Assembly (NCBI GenBank): GCA_043797125.1
Contig: JAZDPX010000014.1
Span: 1,755 to 65,754 of the forward strand
Source of the DNA: Candidatus Omnitrophota bacterium
Lineage (GTDB): Bacteria; Omnitrophota; Gorgyraeia; JABMRG01; JAFGKX01
Reading direction: 5' to 3'
DNA length: 64,000 nucleotides
A program made the translations under genes and the position numbers. Below are positions 28,672 to 38,278 of this stretch, in pieces; the first letter of the stretch is position 1; each line of letters begins with the position of its first letter. Below the pieces are notes generated by a model. It searched no databases. It was not told the DNA's origin and saw nothing but the letters and a program-made list of their open reading frames with translations.

Positions 28672-29495
28672 CAACGCAGGATAAGGCAAAGATTGATGAT
28701 CTTAAAAAGACAGCGAAACAAATCAGGATAGATATTTTAAAGATGCTTACGCAGGCAGGCAGCGGGCACACGGGTGGCTCGCTTTCATGCGTGGAAATAA
28801 TTTTAAGTTTGTACGCGTGCGTGCTGCGGCATGACCCGAAAAACCCGAAATGGAATGACAGGGACAGATTCGTCCTTTCAAAAGGCCATGGCTGTCCCAC
28901 GCTTTACGCTGTGCTTGCGCATTTCGGATATTTTCCTAAACAGGAGCTTGCAACTTTAAGAAAATGCGGCTCATGCCTGCAGGGGCATCCGCAATACGGG
29001 CTTCCCGGGCTGGAGGCCTCGACAGGATCTTTGGGCATGGGTTTATCCATTGCAAACGGCATGGCCCTGGCAGCAAGGCTGGATAATAAAAAAGAAGTAA
29101 GGATATATTGTTTAATGGGCGACGGAGAAACAAACGAAGGCCAGGTCTGGGAAGCGGCAATGACAGCCTCTCATTATAAGCTGGACAACCTGTGCGCGAT
29201 AATAGATTTTAATAAGCTGCAGATAGACGGGTTTTTGCGCGACGTTGTAAATATCGAACCGATAAAAGAAAAATGGTGCGCTTTTGGCTGGGATGTCCTT
29301 GAAATAGACGGGCACAATATCGGTCAGTTGTTAGATGCATACGATAAAGCCAAAACCATAAAACAAAAACCCTGCATTATATTGGCGCATACAATAAAAG
29401 GCAAAGGAGTTTCATTTATAGAAAACAGAGCAGAATGGCACGGCATAGCGCCGAAGCCGGAACAATTGGAAAGAGCATTGAAAGAGCTACAATAG
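28668..29495 (+). CDS. Transketolase, N-terminal (TPP-binding) subunit
   Basis: GSGHTGGSLSCVEIILSLY, KGHGCPTLYAVLA and CLMGDGETNEGQVWEA motifs; 275 aa; start overlaps the upstream stop (ATGA). Confidence 0.85.
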   Translation: MTTQDKAKIDDLKKTAKQIRIDILKMLTQAGSGHTGGSLSCVEIILSLYACVLRHDPKNPKWNDRDRFVLSKGHGCPTLYAVLAHFGYFPKQELATLRKCGSCLQGHPQYGLPGLEASTGSLGMGLSIANGMALAARLDNKKEVRIYCLMGDGETNEGQVWEAAMTASHYKLDNLCAIIDFNKLQIDGFLRDVVNIEPIKEKWCAFGWDVLEIDGHNIGQLLDAYDKAKTIKQKPCIILAHTIKGKGVSFIENRAEWHGIAPKPEQLERALKELQ

Positions 29496-29622
29496 TTGAA
29501 GATCCCTCGGCCTTCCCTCGCTTTCGCTCGGGACATGTCGGCCTCGGGATTAAATTCGGACATATAACTTAGCTTCACTTCTCGTTCGCTAAGTTATGTC
29601 CTCATTTAAGGAGATAATGTAT

Positions 29623-31242
29623 ATGTTAATACACAGGAAGATAAAATTGTTTTTCATGGAACACTGGGTAAAAATCTTGGTGATTTTCGCGACGATTTTT
29701 CTTATCGCGGCGGCAATTTATGGTTTAAGCACGCTGGAATCATTTTACAGGCAAATGACCCTTGCTACCTTGCCGCTTCAGTTTCTTATGGTGGCAATTA
29801 ACGCTCTTATATTTGTCTATATGTATATGACGGTATTCAGGGGCGGTTTCGCGAAAATGGACAAAAAGGCCATAAAAGGGGAAAAGGTGCAGGTCCGTTT
29901 CTCCGATGTAGTAGGAATAGATGAGGCTAAAAAAGAGGCGTGGGAAGTTGTTGAATTAATAAAGGACAGAAAGCGCCTGCAGCAGATAGGGGGAAAGGTA
30001 ATAAGGGGTATTATGATGATGGGGCCTCCGGGCTGCGGCAAGACCTATCTTGCAAAGGCAATAGCGACGGAATCCGGCATTCCTTTTATATCCATGTCAG
30101 CCAGCGAATTCACGGAGATTTTTGTAGGCGTCGGCGCAAGCAGGGTGAGAAAACTTTTTAAGCAGGCAAGGCGTCTGGCGGAGGCGCATGGCGGCTGCAT
30201 AATTTTTATTGACGAGCTTGACGCGATAGGAAGGCAGCGTTCTTTCAGTTATCTGGGCGGAGGAATGGAAACAAATACCACGCAGAACCAGCTGCTTGTC
30301 GAGATGGACGGGTTAAAGGAAAAGGACCAGAATGTTATTGTAATAGGGGCGAGCAACGCGCAGGAAGAAGTGTTTGACCCTGCACTGCTGCGCCCGGGGA
30401 GGTTTGACAGAAAGGTTTATATAGACAAACCTAATGTCGAAGGCAGGCAAAAGCTGTTTGAATATTATCTTAGCAAGGTGAAATATGACAAGGCCCTTGA
30501 TATAGGCAGGCTTTCCAGAAAGTCGGTGCACAAGTCTCCCGCCGATATTATGAATATTGTAAAGGAGTCGGCGCTGATAGCCACGCGCAATAAAAGAGAT
30601 GAGGTGACGCAGAAAGATTTGAGCGAAGCCATTGAAAGAATAGACTTAGGCATAAAGCACGACAGGAGAATGACTCCCCGCGAAAGAGAAATGACAGCTT
30701 TTCACGAATCGGGCCATTTGGTGATGCTTTATCTTATTCACCCGACGGATGATGTATTTAAGGCTTCAATAGTGTCGCGCGGGTCTGCCTTAGGAGTGGT
30801 GCATCATCAGCCAAGAGAAGAGCTTTATACGCACAGCAAGGAAAAACTTCTTGCGGATATAAAGGTATCCTTAAGCGGTTTTATAGCAGAGAAGATAAAA
30901 TTTAAGACAACCTCAAGCGGAGTGGCCTCGGATTTTCAAAATGCCATGAGGCTGGCGCATTTAATGGTATGGAAGCTCGGCATGGGTACATCCGGGCTCG
31001 TGGGAGACTATACGGCGCTTCCCGAGACAAATGTTTCGGAGGATGTTAAAAAGAAATTAAACGACGAGACCCAGGCGATTTTGCAAACATGCTGCAAGGA
31101 TGTAGAGGATGTGCTTAAAAAGGAATGGAATATTGTCGAGAGGTTTACAAAGGAGCTTTTAGAAAAAAAAGAACTGGAATACGACGAAATAGAAGCGATA
31201 TTTAAGGAATACAACAAGAAAAGCATGAAGGATGAAATATAA
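29623..31242 (+). CDS. FtsH-family AAA+ zinc metalloprotease paralog with two closely spaced TM helices (no large periplasmic domain)
   Basis: Walker A GPPGCGKT, Walker B IIFIDELDA, SRH; HESGH zinc motif. In-frame alternative starts at 29596 and 29617. AAGGAG 9 nt upstream of 29623. Confidence 0.8.
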   Translation: MLIHRKIKLFFMEHWVKILVIFATIFLIAAAIYGLSTLESFYRQMTLATLPLQFLMVAINALIFVYMYMTVFRGGFAKMDKKAIKGEKVQVRFSDVVGIDEAKKEAWEVVELIKDRKRLQQIGGKVIRGIMMMGPPGCGKTYLAKAIATESGIPFISMSASEFTEIFVGVGASRVRKLFKQARRLAEAHGGCIIFIDELDAIGRQRSFSYLGGGMETNTTQNQLLVEMDGLKEKDQNVIVIGASNAQEEVFDPALLRPGRFDRKVYIDKPNVEGRQKLFEYYLSKVKYDKALDIGRLSRKSVHKSPADIMNIVKESALIATRNKRDEVTQKDLSEAIERIDLGIKHDRRMTPREREMTAFHESGHLVMLYLIHPTDDVFKASIVSRGSALGVVHHQPREELYTHSKEKLLADIKVSLSGFIAEKIKFKTTSSGVASDFQNAMRLAHLMVWKLGMGTSGLVGDYTALPETNVSEDVKKKLNDETQAILQTCCKDVEDVLKKEWNIVERFTKELLEKKELEYDEIEAIFKEYNKKSMKDEI

Positions 31243-32098
31243 TAAATTTCCCTCCTACATCGCGCTTTGTGTTTTTATTTCGCTCTCTTTGCAGGGATGC
31301 GCTCCGACATATCCAAACGAAGCAGATATGATAAAAGGCGTAAAGCGCCTTTGCAAGGAAGAATATGGCGTTGATGTAACGGCAAATGTTTCAGGCGCGA
31401 CCTTGGGCGTGCACATGCCTATTAAAGGGCTTTTTAATTTGGAGACCATGCAGCTTTCCAAGCAAGCGCTTGATAAAGTAGACGGGGTAATGCTTAGCGT
31501 TTCAAGGGTGGCGTTGAGCGGAAGCGAAAAAATAGATTTTTATACGGTTGTGACAGCGGACGAGGATGTCACAGGCGCGGAAGTTATTTTGACCAGGTAT
31601 GTAAAGGATTTGCGCAGGTATATGTTTCATGATATATCTAGGGGCGAGTTTGCAAAGCGCATGATAATTGATGTGAGGTTTAACCCGCAGGCAATACTTG
31701 ACAAGTGGTCCGGCCAATTTACGGTTGAAGAGGTAACATTAGACGGTTTTATATGCCAGCAGGCATCCCGCAGGATAACAGAGGAATTCCAGACAAATAA
31801 GGATTTAGCCGGAAAGTTTAAAGTCGCGGAATGCGCGGGCGCGCTTAAAAATAGAGTCTTTGTTTTTAACGTGGATATAGCAAGAGAAGGCCTGCCCATG
31901 AGCGAAATGATTCACGGGAAGGCCTGGCACACAGGCGTGTTATTATTCTGCGCAAAAACCATAACACATGTTTTATGGGCATATTCTTTCAAGGATTTTG
32001 ACAAAATCGTAATAGCGAATAAATTTGACAGTAAAACCCTGGAAATAGATAAAAAAGACGCAAACCATTGCAGGAAGGGGAAAGTTAAAATTGAATAA
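31232..32098 (+). CDS. Lipoprotein of unknown function
   Basis: Lipobox LSLQGC after a hydrophobic signal; 288 aa; start overlaps the ftsH-like stop. Confidence 0.65.
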   Translation: MKYNKFPSYIALCVFISLSLQGCAPTYPNEADMIKGVKRLCKEEYGVDVTANVSGATLGVHMPIKGLFNLETMQLSKQALDKVDGVMLSVSRVALSGSEKIDFYTVVTADEDVTGAEVILTRYVKDLRRYMFHDISRGEFAKRMIIDVRFNPQAILDKWSGQFTVEEVTLDGFICQQASRRITEEFQTNKDLAGKFKVAECAGALKNRVFVFNVDIAREGLPMSEMIHGKAWHTGVLLFCAKTITHVLWAYSFKDFDKIVIANKFDSKTLEIDKKDANHCRKGKVKIE

Positions 32099-33047
32099 AC
32101 AGGACAAGAGCACCTGGAAGGGCACCAGAGACGGTTATGGCAAAGGGTTGCTTGAGCTGGGTGAGAAAAATAAGAATGTTGTGGTATTAAGCGCGGACCT
32201 TACTGAATCGACGCGCGCAAACTGGTTTAAGGAAAAATTTCCTGAAAGGTTTTTTAGTTTCGGAGTTGCGGAGCAGAATATGATTTCAACCGCGGCAGGA
32301 TTCGCGCTTTCAGGCAAAATTCCTTTCTGCTGCAGCTTTGGAGTATTTGCTTCAGGAAGGGCGTGGGAGCAGGTGCGCACATCCGTTGCTTATATGAACC
32401 TGAACATAAACATAGGCGGCACTCACGGCGGTATTTCTGTCGGGCCTGACGGCGCTACGCACCAGGCGTTAGAAGAAATAACCCTCATGAGAGTGCTGCC
32501 GTATATGAGCGTTGTCGTGCCATGCGACGCCACAGAAGCCAGAAAAGCAACAGTTGCCTCAGCAGCAATTGACGGGCCTGTTTACCTCAGGCTTAGTAGG
32601 GAGCAATTGCCTGTTATTACGAAAGAAGATGATCCTTTTGAAATAGGTAAGGCAAATATATTGAAAAACGGAACTGATGTAACCATAATAGCCTGCGGCA
32701 TTATGGTGTATCAAGCGCTGCTTGCAGACGAAATCCTGCAAAAAGACGGGATAAATGCCGCTATTATAAATTTACATACAATAAAGCCTTTGGATAGGAA
32801 AACTATCATAAGCTCTGTATCAAAAACAAGAGCGGTAGTTACTTGCGAGGAGCATTTAATTGCCGGTGGCATGGGTTCCGCAGTTTCCGAATTACTTGCG
32901 CAGGAATTGCCTTTGCCAGTTGAAATGATAGCTGTAAGAGACAGGTTTGGTGAGTCCGGCGACCCGTGGAAACTTATGGAAAAATTCAATCTTACGCCGG
33001 AGGATATTGTCGCTGCCTGCAAGAGAGCTATTAAGCGAAGGCAATGA
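32091..33047 (+). CDS. Transketolase, C-terminal (pyrimidine-binding/TKC) subunit
   Basis: FGVAEQNMISTAAGFALSGKIPF and GGTHGGISVGPDGATHQ motifs; 318 aa. Confidence 0.85.
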   Translation: MNKQDKSTWKGTRDGYGKGLLELGEKNKNVVVLSADLTESTRANWFKEKFPERFFSFGVAEQNMISTAAGFALSGKIPFCCSFGVFASGRAWEQVRTSVAYMNLNINIGGTHGGISVGPDGATHQALEEITLMRVLPYMSVVVPCDATEARKATVASAAIDGPVYLRLSREQLPVITKEDDPFEIGKANILKNGTDVTIIACGIMVYQALLADEILQKDGINAAIINLHTIKPLDRKTIISSVSKTRAVVTCEEHLIAGGMGSAVSELLAQELPLPVEMIAVRDRFGESGDPWKLMEKFNLTPEDIVAACKRAIKRRQ

Positions 33048-33925
33048 AATCCACTATAATCAAGGCTCCTGCCAAAGTTAACCTATACCTTGACGTAATC
33101 AACAAACGCCCAGATGGCTACCACAACATAGAAACAATATTCGAGCGAATAGACCTATGCGACTGGATAAAGATAGCTGTTATTCCAAAAGATATTAAGG
33201 TTGAATGCGCCCCATGTTTTTGCAAAAACTTGGCTGATAATACCGCATTTAAGGCTGCCAAAGTTTTACTCGAAAGACATAACATAAGATGCGGCTTTAG
33301 GATACAGATAGATAAACGCATACCTATAGCAGCTGGGCTTGGCGGCGGAAGCTCCAATGCTGCCAGCGTGCTTTTAGGAATCAATAATCTGCTTAATTTG
33401 GGTTTAAACAGAGACAATTTAATAAAACTAGCTGCAGCAATAGGCGCTGATGTGCCGTTTTTTGTTTCCCAATACAGCCGCGCCTTTGCAGCAGGCATAG
33501 GGGATGAACTTTCTCTCTTAAAACAAGGGCAAAAAACGCATTTTTTACTGGTAAAACCAGCTATTAAAATACTTACTTATAGTGTATATAATAAATTAGA
33601 CCTTATATATGCTAAAAAACCTAAAATATCCTTGACAAAGCTTGGGGGCAATGCTAATATATTCTCCCATTATTTGCGTGGACTGACAGCCAGTGAGATG
33701 CAAAATGCTTTATATAATAAACTGGAAGAGGTTGTTTTGCCTTCATACCCTGTATTACGCGGCATAAAGAAGGCACTCAAGACCGCAGGGGCTGAAGGCA
33801 TTCTTGTCTCTGGCAGCGGTTCAACCGTTTTCGGAACATTTACCAGCAGAAAGGAGGCTGCAAGGGCAGAGGGAATATTACGTAAAAAGGGCAATTGGGA
33901 ACTTTTTTTAGCCACAAGCTACTAA
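33044..33925 (+). CDS. ispE: 4-diphosphocytidyl-2-C-methyl-D-erythritol kinase
   Basis: APAKVNLYLDV...PDGYH and GHMP motif PIAAGLGGGSSNAA. Confidence 0.85.
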   Translation: MKSTIIKAPAKVNLYLDVINKRPDGYHNIETIFERIDLCDWIKIAVIPKDIKVECAPCFCKNLADNTAFKAAKVLLERHNIRCGFRIQIDKRIPIAAGLGGGSSNAASVLLGINNLLNLGLNRDNLIKLAAAIGADVPFFVSQYSRAFAAGIGDELSLLKQGQKTHFLLVKPAIKILTYSVYNKLDLIYAKKPKISLTKLGGNANIFSHYLRGLTASEMQNALYNKLEEVVLPSYPVLRGIKKALKTAGAEGILVSGSGSTVFGTFTSRKEAARAEGILRKKGNWELFLATSY

Positions 33926-33969
33926 ATAACAGGAAGTGCAGCTAAAAGAAAAAAGGAGTATATTTTGCT

Positions 33970-34422
33970 ATGGAGATTACAGAGGTAAAAATTTTCTTAA
34001 AGGATTCCGTGGATAAAAAGCTTAAAGGCTTTGCGACAATAACCTTTGATAACGCGTTTGTTGTGAGAAATGTGAAGCTTATCGAAGGCAGCAAAGGGCT
34101 TTTTGTCGCCATGCCTTCGCGCAAAATGAGACAGTCCTGCCCTAAATGCGGATTTAAAAATGCCATAAGGAGCAGATTCTGCAATCAGTGCGGAGCAGCA
34201 ATAGACGCACCGCCGCCGCAGGAAAGGATAGATCCTGCCGATAAATCAGCCCGTCAATCAGAGCACAGGGACATAGCGCATCCTATAACCTCGGAATTCA
34301 GAGAGTACATCCAGAAAAAGGTTATAGAGGCATATGATAAAGAAAAGACAATGCCGCCGGTCTCAAGAACCGCGCCTCGTTCGCAAGATGTGCATCATGA
34401 TTTGGAAGACGATATAGATTAG
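33970..34422 (+). CDS. spoVG: SpoVG-family protein carrying an inserted C4 zinc-ribbon and an acidic C-terminal tail
   Basis: MEITEVKIFLKD...ATITFDNAFVVRNVKLIEGSKGLFVAMPSRK then CPKCG...CNQCG insertion, then SpoVG core HRDIAHPITSEFREYIQKKV. Confidence 0.75.
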   Translation: MEITEVKIFLKDSVDKKLKGFATITFDNAFVVRNVKLIEGSKGLFVAMPSRKMRQSCPKCGFKNAIRSRFCNQCGAAIDAPPPQERIDPADKSARQSEHRDIAHPITSEFREYIQKKVIEAYDKEKTMPPVSRTAPRSQDVHHDLEDDID

Positions 34423-34430
34423 AATTTTTT

Positions 34431-34521
34431 TGGCGGATTGTGTAACGGTAGCACAACGGCCTTTGGAGCCGTTTGCGGTGGTTCGAATCCCTGCCTGCCG
34501 GCAGGCAGGCACCTCCGCCAG
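34431..34521 (+). tRNA. tRNA-Gln(UUG)-like gene interrupted by a perfect 20-nt palindrome in the T-arm (no encoded CCA); possible pseudogene or unusual tRNA
   Basis: Sequence collinear with the downstream tRNA-Gln except the insertion CCTGCCTGCCGGCAGGCAGG (about 34490-34510) between GGTTCGAATC and CACCTCCGCCAG. Anticodon loop CTTTGGA gives UUG. Confidence 0.6.
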
Positions 34522-34588
34522 TTGTGCATCAAACTATTTTGAAATTTTTAGAAGAAAACCGCGCTAATAAATAAAATATTTTGTTTAT

Positions 34589-34662
34589 TGGCGGATGGTG
34601 TAACGGTAGCACAACGGCCTTTGGAGTCGTTTGCGGTGGTTCGAATCCACCTCCGCCAGCCA
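34589..34662 (+). tRNA. tRNA-Gln (anticodon UUG), CCA encoded
   Basis: TGGCGGA acceptor, anticodon stem ACGGC/GTCGT, loop CTTTGGA, T-arm GGTGGTTCGAATCCACC, 3' CCA. Confidence 0.85.
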
Positions 34663-34677
34663 ATATTAGGAAAAATA

Positions 34678-35919
34678 ATGCAGAAGTGTTCGTTTTGTTC
34701 AAGAGATAAGACAAAGGTCAACAAGCTTTTTAGCGGCCCCGGAGCATATATTTGCGATCATTGCGTAAAACTTTGCACCCAGATTTTAGCAAAAGAGCAG
34801 CGCGACACAAAAGCGCCTGAACCATTTTTACTGAAAGAGACGCCAAAGCCGACCGCCATTAAAAAGAAATTAGACGAGTATGTTATCGGCCAGGAACGCG
34901 CAAAAAGGCAGCTTTCCGTAGCCGTTTATAACCACTATAAAAGGATTACATCCAAAGAATCAACGCCTGATTTAGACGATGTAGAGCTGGAAAAGTCAAA
35001 CGTCCTTCTGATAGGCCCAACAGGAAGCGGGAAAACTCTGCTTGCCAGGACCCTTGCGCGTATCCTTGAAGTGCCGTTTGCGATATGCGATGCTACGCCT
35101 CTTACCGAAGCAGGTTATGTCGGAGAGGATGTGGAAAATGTGCTTTTGAGGCTTTTACAGAGCTGTGATTACGATACGAATAAAGCGCGTTACGGTATAG
35201 TTTATATTGATGAAATAGATAAAATCGGAAAGACCCATGACAACGTTTCTATTACAAGAGATGTTTCCGGAGAAGGAGTGCAGCAGGCGCTCTTAAAGAT
35301 ATTGGAAGGCACCGTTGCCAATGTGCCGCCTAAAGGCGGCAGGAAACACCCGCATGAAGAATATATAAAAGTAGACACAACAGATATATTATTTATATGC
35401 GGCGGGTCTTTTAACGGCTTGGATAGAATCATAAAGAAAAGGCTTGGTAAACAGTCAATAGGTTTTCATGCCGGCTTAAGCCAGTACAAGGAAAAGGCTC
35501 TCGGAGAAATCTTAAGCCACGTTGAGCCGGAGGACCTGCTTAAATTCGGGATGATACCGGAATTTATCGGCCGGTTTTCCACCATATCGACCCTTTATCC
35601 TTTAGACAAAGATGATTTAATCAGGATCTTAGTCGAACCAAAAAATTGCCTTACAAAACAGTACAAGAAATTTTTCGCAATGGACGGCGTAAAGCTGCAA
35701 TTTGAAGAAGCGGCATTGAAAGAAATAGCGGAAATGGCCCATAAAAAACAGACAGGCGCAAGGGCCCTTCGCTCGATTTTAGAAGAGATAATGCTTGAGA
35801 CGATGTATGAGATGCCTTCGCACGAAGATGTTGCTGCGTGTGTCGTTGATAAAGACAGCGTTATTAGTAAAAGCAGGCCGAAACTTGTGCTTAAGAAAGG
35901 CGTAAAGAAAGTGGCTTAA
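34678..35919 (+). CDS. clpX: ATP-dependent Clp protease ATP-binding subunit ClpX
   Basis: N-terminal zinc-binding CSFCSRD...CDHC, Walker A GPTGSGKT. True start is MQKCSFC at 34678, after the tRNA; the track ORF from 34588 overlaps the tRNA. Confidence 0.9.
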   Translation: MQKCSFCSRDKTKVNKLFSGPGAYICDHCVKLCTQILAKEQRDTKAPEPFLLKETPKPTAIKKKLDEYVIGQERAKRQLSVAVYNHYKRITSKESTPDLDDVELEKSNVLLIGPTGSGKTLLARTLARILEVPFAICDATPLTEAGYVGEDVENVLLRLLQSCDYDTNKARYGIVYIDEIDKIGKTHDNVSITRDVSGEGVQQALLKILEGTVANVPPKGGRKHPHEEYIKVDTTDILFICGGSFNGLDRIIKKRLGKQSIGFHAGLSQYKEKALGEILSHVEPEDLLKFGMIPEFIGRFSTISTLYPLDKDDLIRILVEPKNCLTKQYKKFFAMDGVKLQFEEAALKEIAEMAHKKQTGARALRSILEEIMLETMYEMPSHEDVAACVVDKDSVISKSRPKLVLKKGVKKVA

Positions 35920-35920
35920 C

Positions 35921-35950
35921 AGTGTTAAGTGTTAAGTGTAAAGTGTAAAG
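35921..35950. repeat. Tandem heptamer array (GTGTTAA/GTGTAAA x4) between clpX and glmU
   Basis: gtgttaa gtgttaa gtgtaaa gtgtaaa g. Reverse complement of the CTTTACA heptamers inside the kinase-like gene leaders. A related AATGTAA x3 array is at ~41155-41180 upstream of dnaB. Confidence 0.65.
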
Positions 35951-35970
35951 TTTTAAGCGTAAGGTTTAAA

Positions 35971-37236
35971 ATGAAGAATTTAAAATGCATCATATTGGCG
36001 GCAGGAGCGGGCAAAAGGATGAAGACCCGGATGCCAAAGCCGCTGCATAAAATTGCCGGCATAACAATGCTGGAGCGCCTGCTGAATACCGTATTGTCGC
36101 TGGGTATTAAGAATATCGTTGTGGTCGTAGGATATGCTTCAAAGCGGGTTGAAGATGTATTGAAAAAATATAACGTAAACATGGTTAAGCAGGACAAACT
36201 ATTGGGTTCTGCGGATGCAGTAAAAAGGGCAAGAAGATATTTTGCGGGATTTATTGGCAGCGTTTTGGTAATGTATACGGATACGCCTCTTTTAAGGAAA
36301 CAGACAATAAGGGGTCTTATTAATAAGCACCTAAACTCCCAGGCAACATGCACGTTACTTACGGCAGATGTTAAAAACAGGACAGGTTATGGCAGGATTG
36401 TGCGCAATATCAACGGCAACATAACCAAAATTATAGAGGAAAACACCGCGACATTGCAGCAGAAGAACATAAGCGAAATTAATGTAGGCGCATATTGTTT
36501 TGACAGTAAACAGTTGTTTAATGCGCTCAAGCGCGTAAAAAAGAATCCTAAAAAGGGAGAATTTTACCTCACAGACGTTGTGAAGATTTTTAGCGACCAT
36601 GGCCTGGAAGTAAAATCATATGACAGGTGCGCGGAAGACGAAGCAATGGGTATAAATTCAAGAAAGGATTTAGCAGCCGCTGAAAACACCTTGAGAAAAC
36701 GAAAGATAAAACAACTGATGCAGGAAGGGGTGACGTTTATAGACCCCGATACCGCATACATAGATGAAAACGTAAACATAAAACAGGACACGATTATTTA
36801 TCCTTCCGTGGTTATAGAAGGCAATGTCACAATAGGCAGTTTCTGTAAGATAGGGCCTTTTGCCAGGATAAGGGGCAAGGCCAGCATAGGAGACAATTCT
36901 ACTGTTGGTAATTTTGTTGAAGTCGTGCGTTCCAGGATAGGCTCTAATACAAGAGTGAAGCATCACAGCTATATCGGCGACGCCTATGTCGGCAATAATG
37001 TAAATGTCGGGGCAGGTGTTATTACGGCGAATTACGACGGAAAGAAAAAACATAAGACGACAATAAAGGACAACGCATTTATCGGCGTGGGTTCTGTCCT
37101 GATTGCCCCGGTTAGAATAGGAAAGGCAGCGCTGGTTGGGGCCGGAAGCGTAGTTACTAAAAATAAAAACGTTCCGGAGAAAGCGGTTGTAGTCGGTGTG
37201 CCGGCAAGAATACTAAAGAGAGGGCTTAAAATATGA
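35971..37236 (+). CDS. glmU: Bifunctional GlcNAc-1-phosphate uridyltransferase / glucosamine-1-phosphate acetyltransferase
   Basis: N-terminal nucleotidyltransferase ILAAGAGKRMKTRMPKPLH and C-terminal left-handed beta-helix hexapeptide repeats. Start at MKNLKCIIL (35971). Confidence 0.8.
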   Translation: MKNLKCIILAAGAGKRMKTRMPKPLHKIAGITMLERLLNTVLSLGIKNIVVVVGYASKRVEDVLKKYNVNMVKQDKLLGSADAVKRARRYFAGFIGSVLVMYTDTPLLRKQTIRGLINKHLNSQATCTLLTADVKNRTGYGRIVRNINGNITKIIEENTATLQQKNISEINVGAYCFDSKQLFNALKRVKKNPKKGEFYLTDVVKIFSDHGLEVKSYDRCAEDEAMGINSRKDLAAAENTLRKRKIKQLMQEGVTFIDPDTAYIDENVNIKQDTIIYPSVVIEGNVTIGSFCKIGPFARIRGKASIGDNSTVGNFVEVVRSRIGSNTRVKHHSYIGDAYVGNNVNVGAGVITANYDGKKKHKTTIKDNAFIGVGSVLIAPVRIGKAALVGAGSVVTKNKNVPEKAVVVGVPARILKRGLKI

Positions 37237-38177
37237 AAACACAAGATAAGCTTAAAATATTTTCAGGCAACACCAATATTAAGCTGGCAAAAGACATATG
37301 CAGCTATCTTGATTTGAATTTAAGCAAGGCGCTGGTTTCGGCATTTGGCGACGGAGAAATTAAAGTTAAGATAGAGGAAAATGTGCGCGGCGAAGACGCG
37401 TATGTTGTTCAGCCTACCTGCGAGCCTGTTAACAACAGCCTCATGGAGCTGCTTATCATGATAGACGCCTTAAGAAGGGCCTCTGCCAGAAGAATTACGG
37501 CAATTATCCCGTATTACGGATATGCCAGGCAGGATAGAAAAGACCAGCCGCGCGTGCCTGTCACAGCTAAATTAGTAGCCAATCTTATAACAAATGCCGG
37601 GGCCGACAGGGTAATTACCGTGGATCTGCACGCGGGCCAGATACAGGGTTTTTTTGATATACCGCTGGATAATTTATACGCAGTAAAAACATTTGTGGAT
37701 TATTTTAATAAAAAGAAACTTAAAGACATAGTTGTTGTTTCGCCGGATGTCGGCGGGATAAAAATGGCAAGGGCATATTCTAAAAAAATGGGTGCTGACT
37801 TAGCAATTGTCGATAAAAGAAGAAAGAGCGATTCAGAGGCCGAGGTCATGAACATACTCGGCGATGTCAAGGGCAAAAACGTGGTTATCGTAGACGACAT
37901 GGTGGCAACGGCAGGTTCTTTAGTAGAGGCGGCAGCGGCAGTTAAAAAGGCCGGGGCTAAGCATATAATGGCCGCGATAACGCACCCTGTGTTATGCGGC
38001 CCAGCGATAGAGAGATTAAAGAAATCGTACATAGAGGAATTGGTTGTAACCGATACCATACCCCTATCAAAGGAAAAAAGGATCAGCAGGATAAAGGTGC
38101 TTTCCATAAGCGCGCTTTTGGGAGAGGCCATACGCAGGATACATAACGGTGAGTCAATAAGCGCATTATTCGAGTAA
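37233..38177 (+). CDS. prs: Ribose-phosphate pyrophosphokinase
   Basis: MKTQDKLKIFSGNTN..., DLHAGQIQGFF and VVSPDVGG motifs; 314 aa. Confidence 0.9.
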   Translation: MKTQDKLKIFSGNTNIKLAKDICSYLDLNLSKALVSAFGDGEIKVKIEENVRGEDAYVVQPTCEPVNNSLMELLIMIDALRRASARRITAIIPYYGYARQDRKDQPRVPVTAKLVANLITNAGADRVITVDLHAGQIQGFFDIPLDNLYAVKTFVDYFNKKKLKDIVVVSPDVGGIKMARAYSKKMGADLAIVDKRRKSDSEAEVMNILGDVKGKNVVIVDDMVATAGSLVEAAAAVKKAGAKHIMAAITHPVLCGPAIERLKKSYIEELVVTDTIPLSKEKRISRIKVLSISALLGEAIRRIHNGESISALFE

Positions 38178-38278
38178 AGCTCGAGAAGCGTTATGCGTAT
38201 TGAGTTGTGTGTATTGAGCATAGAACCGCACGACACAAAACACACGACGCAAAACTAATCAACAGTTAGGAGATGACA

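Noticed and set aside
34588-34677. N-terminal 30-codon extension of the clpX ORF ([30 protein letters not shown]) in the ORF track
   Set aside because: This stretch is the tRNA-Gln gene read in a protein frame. ClpX homology begins at MQKCSFC (34678).
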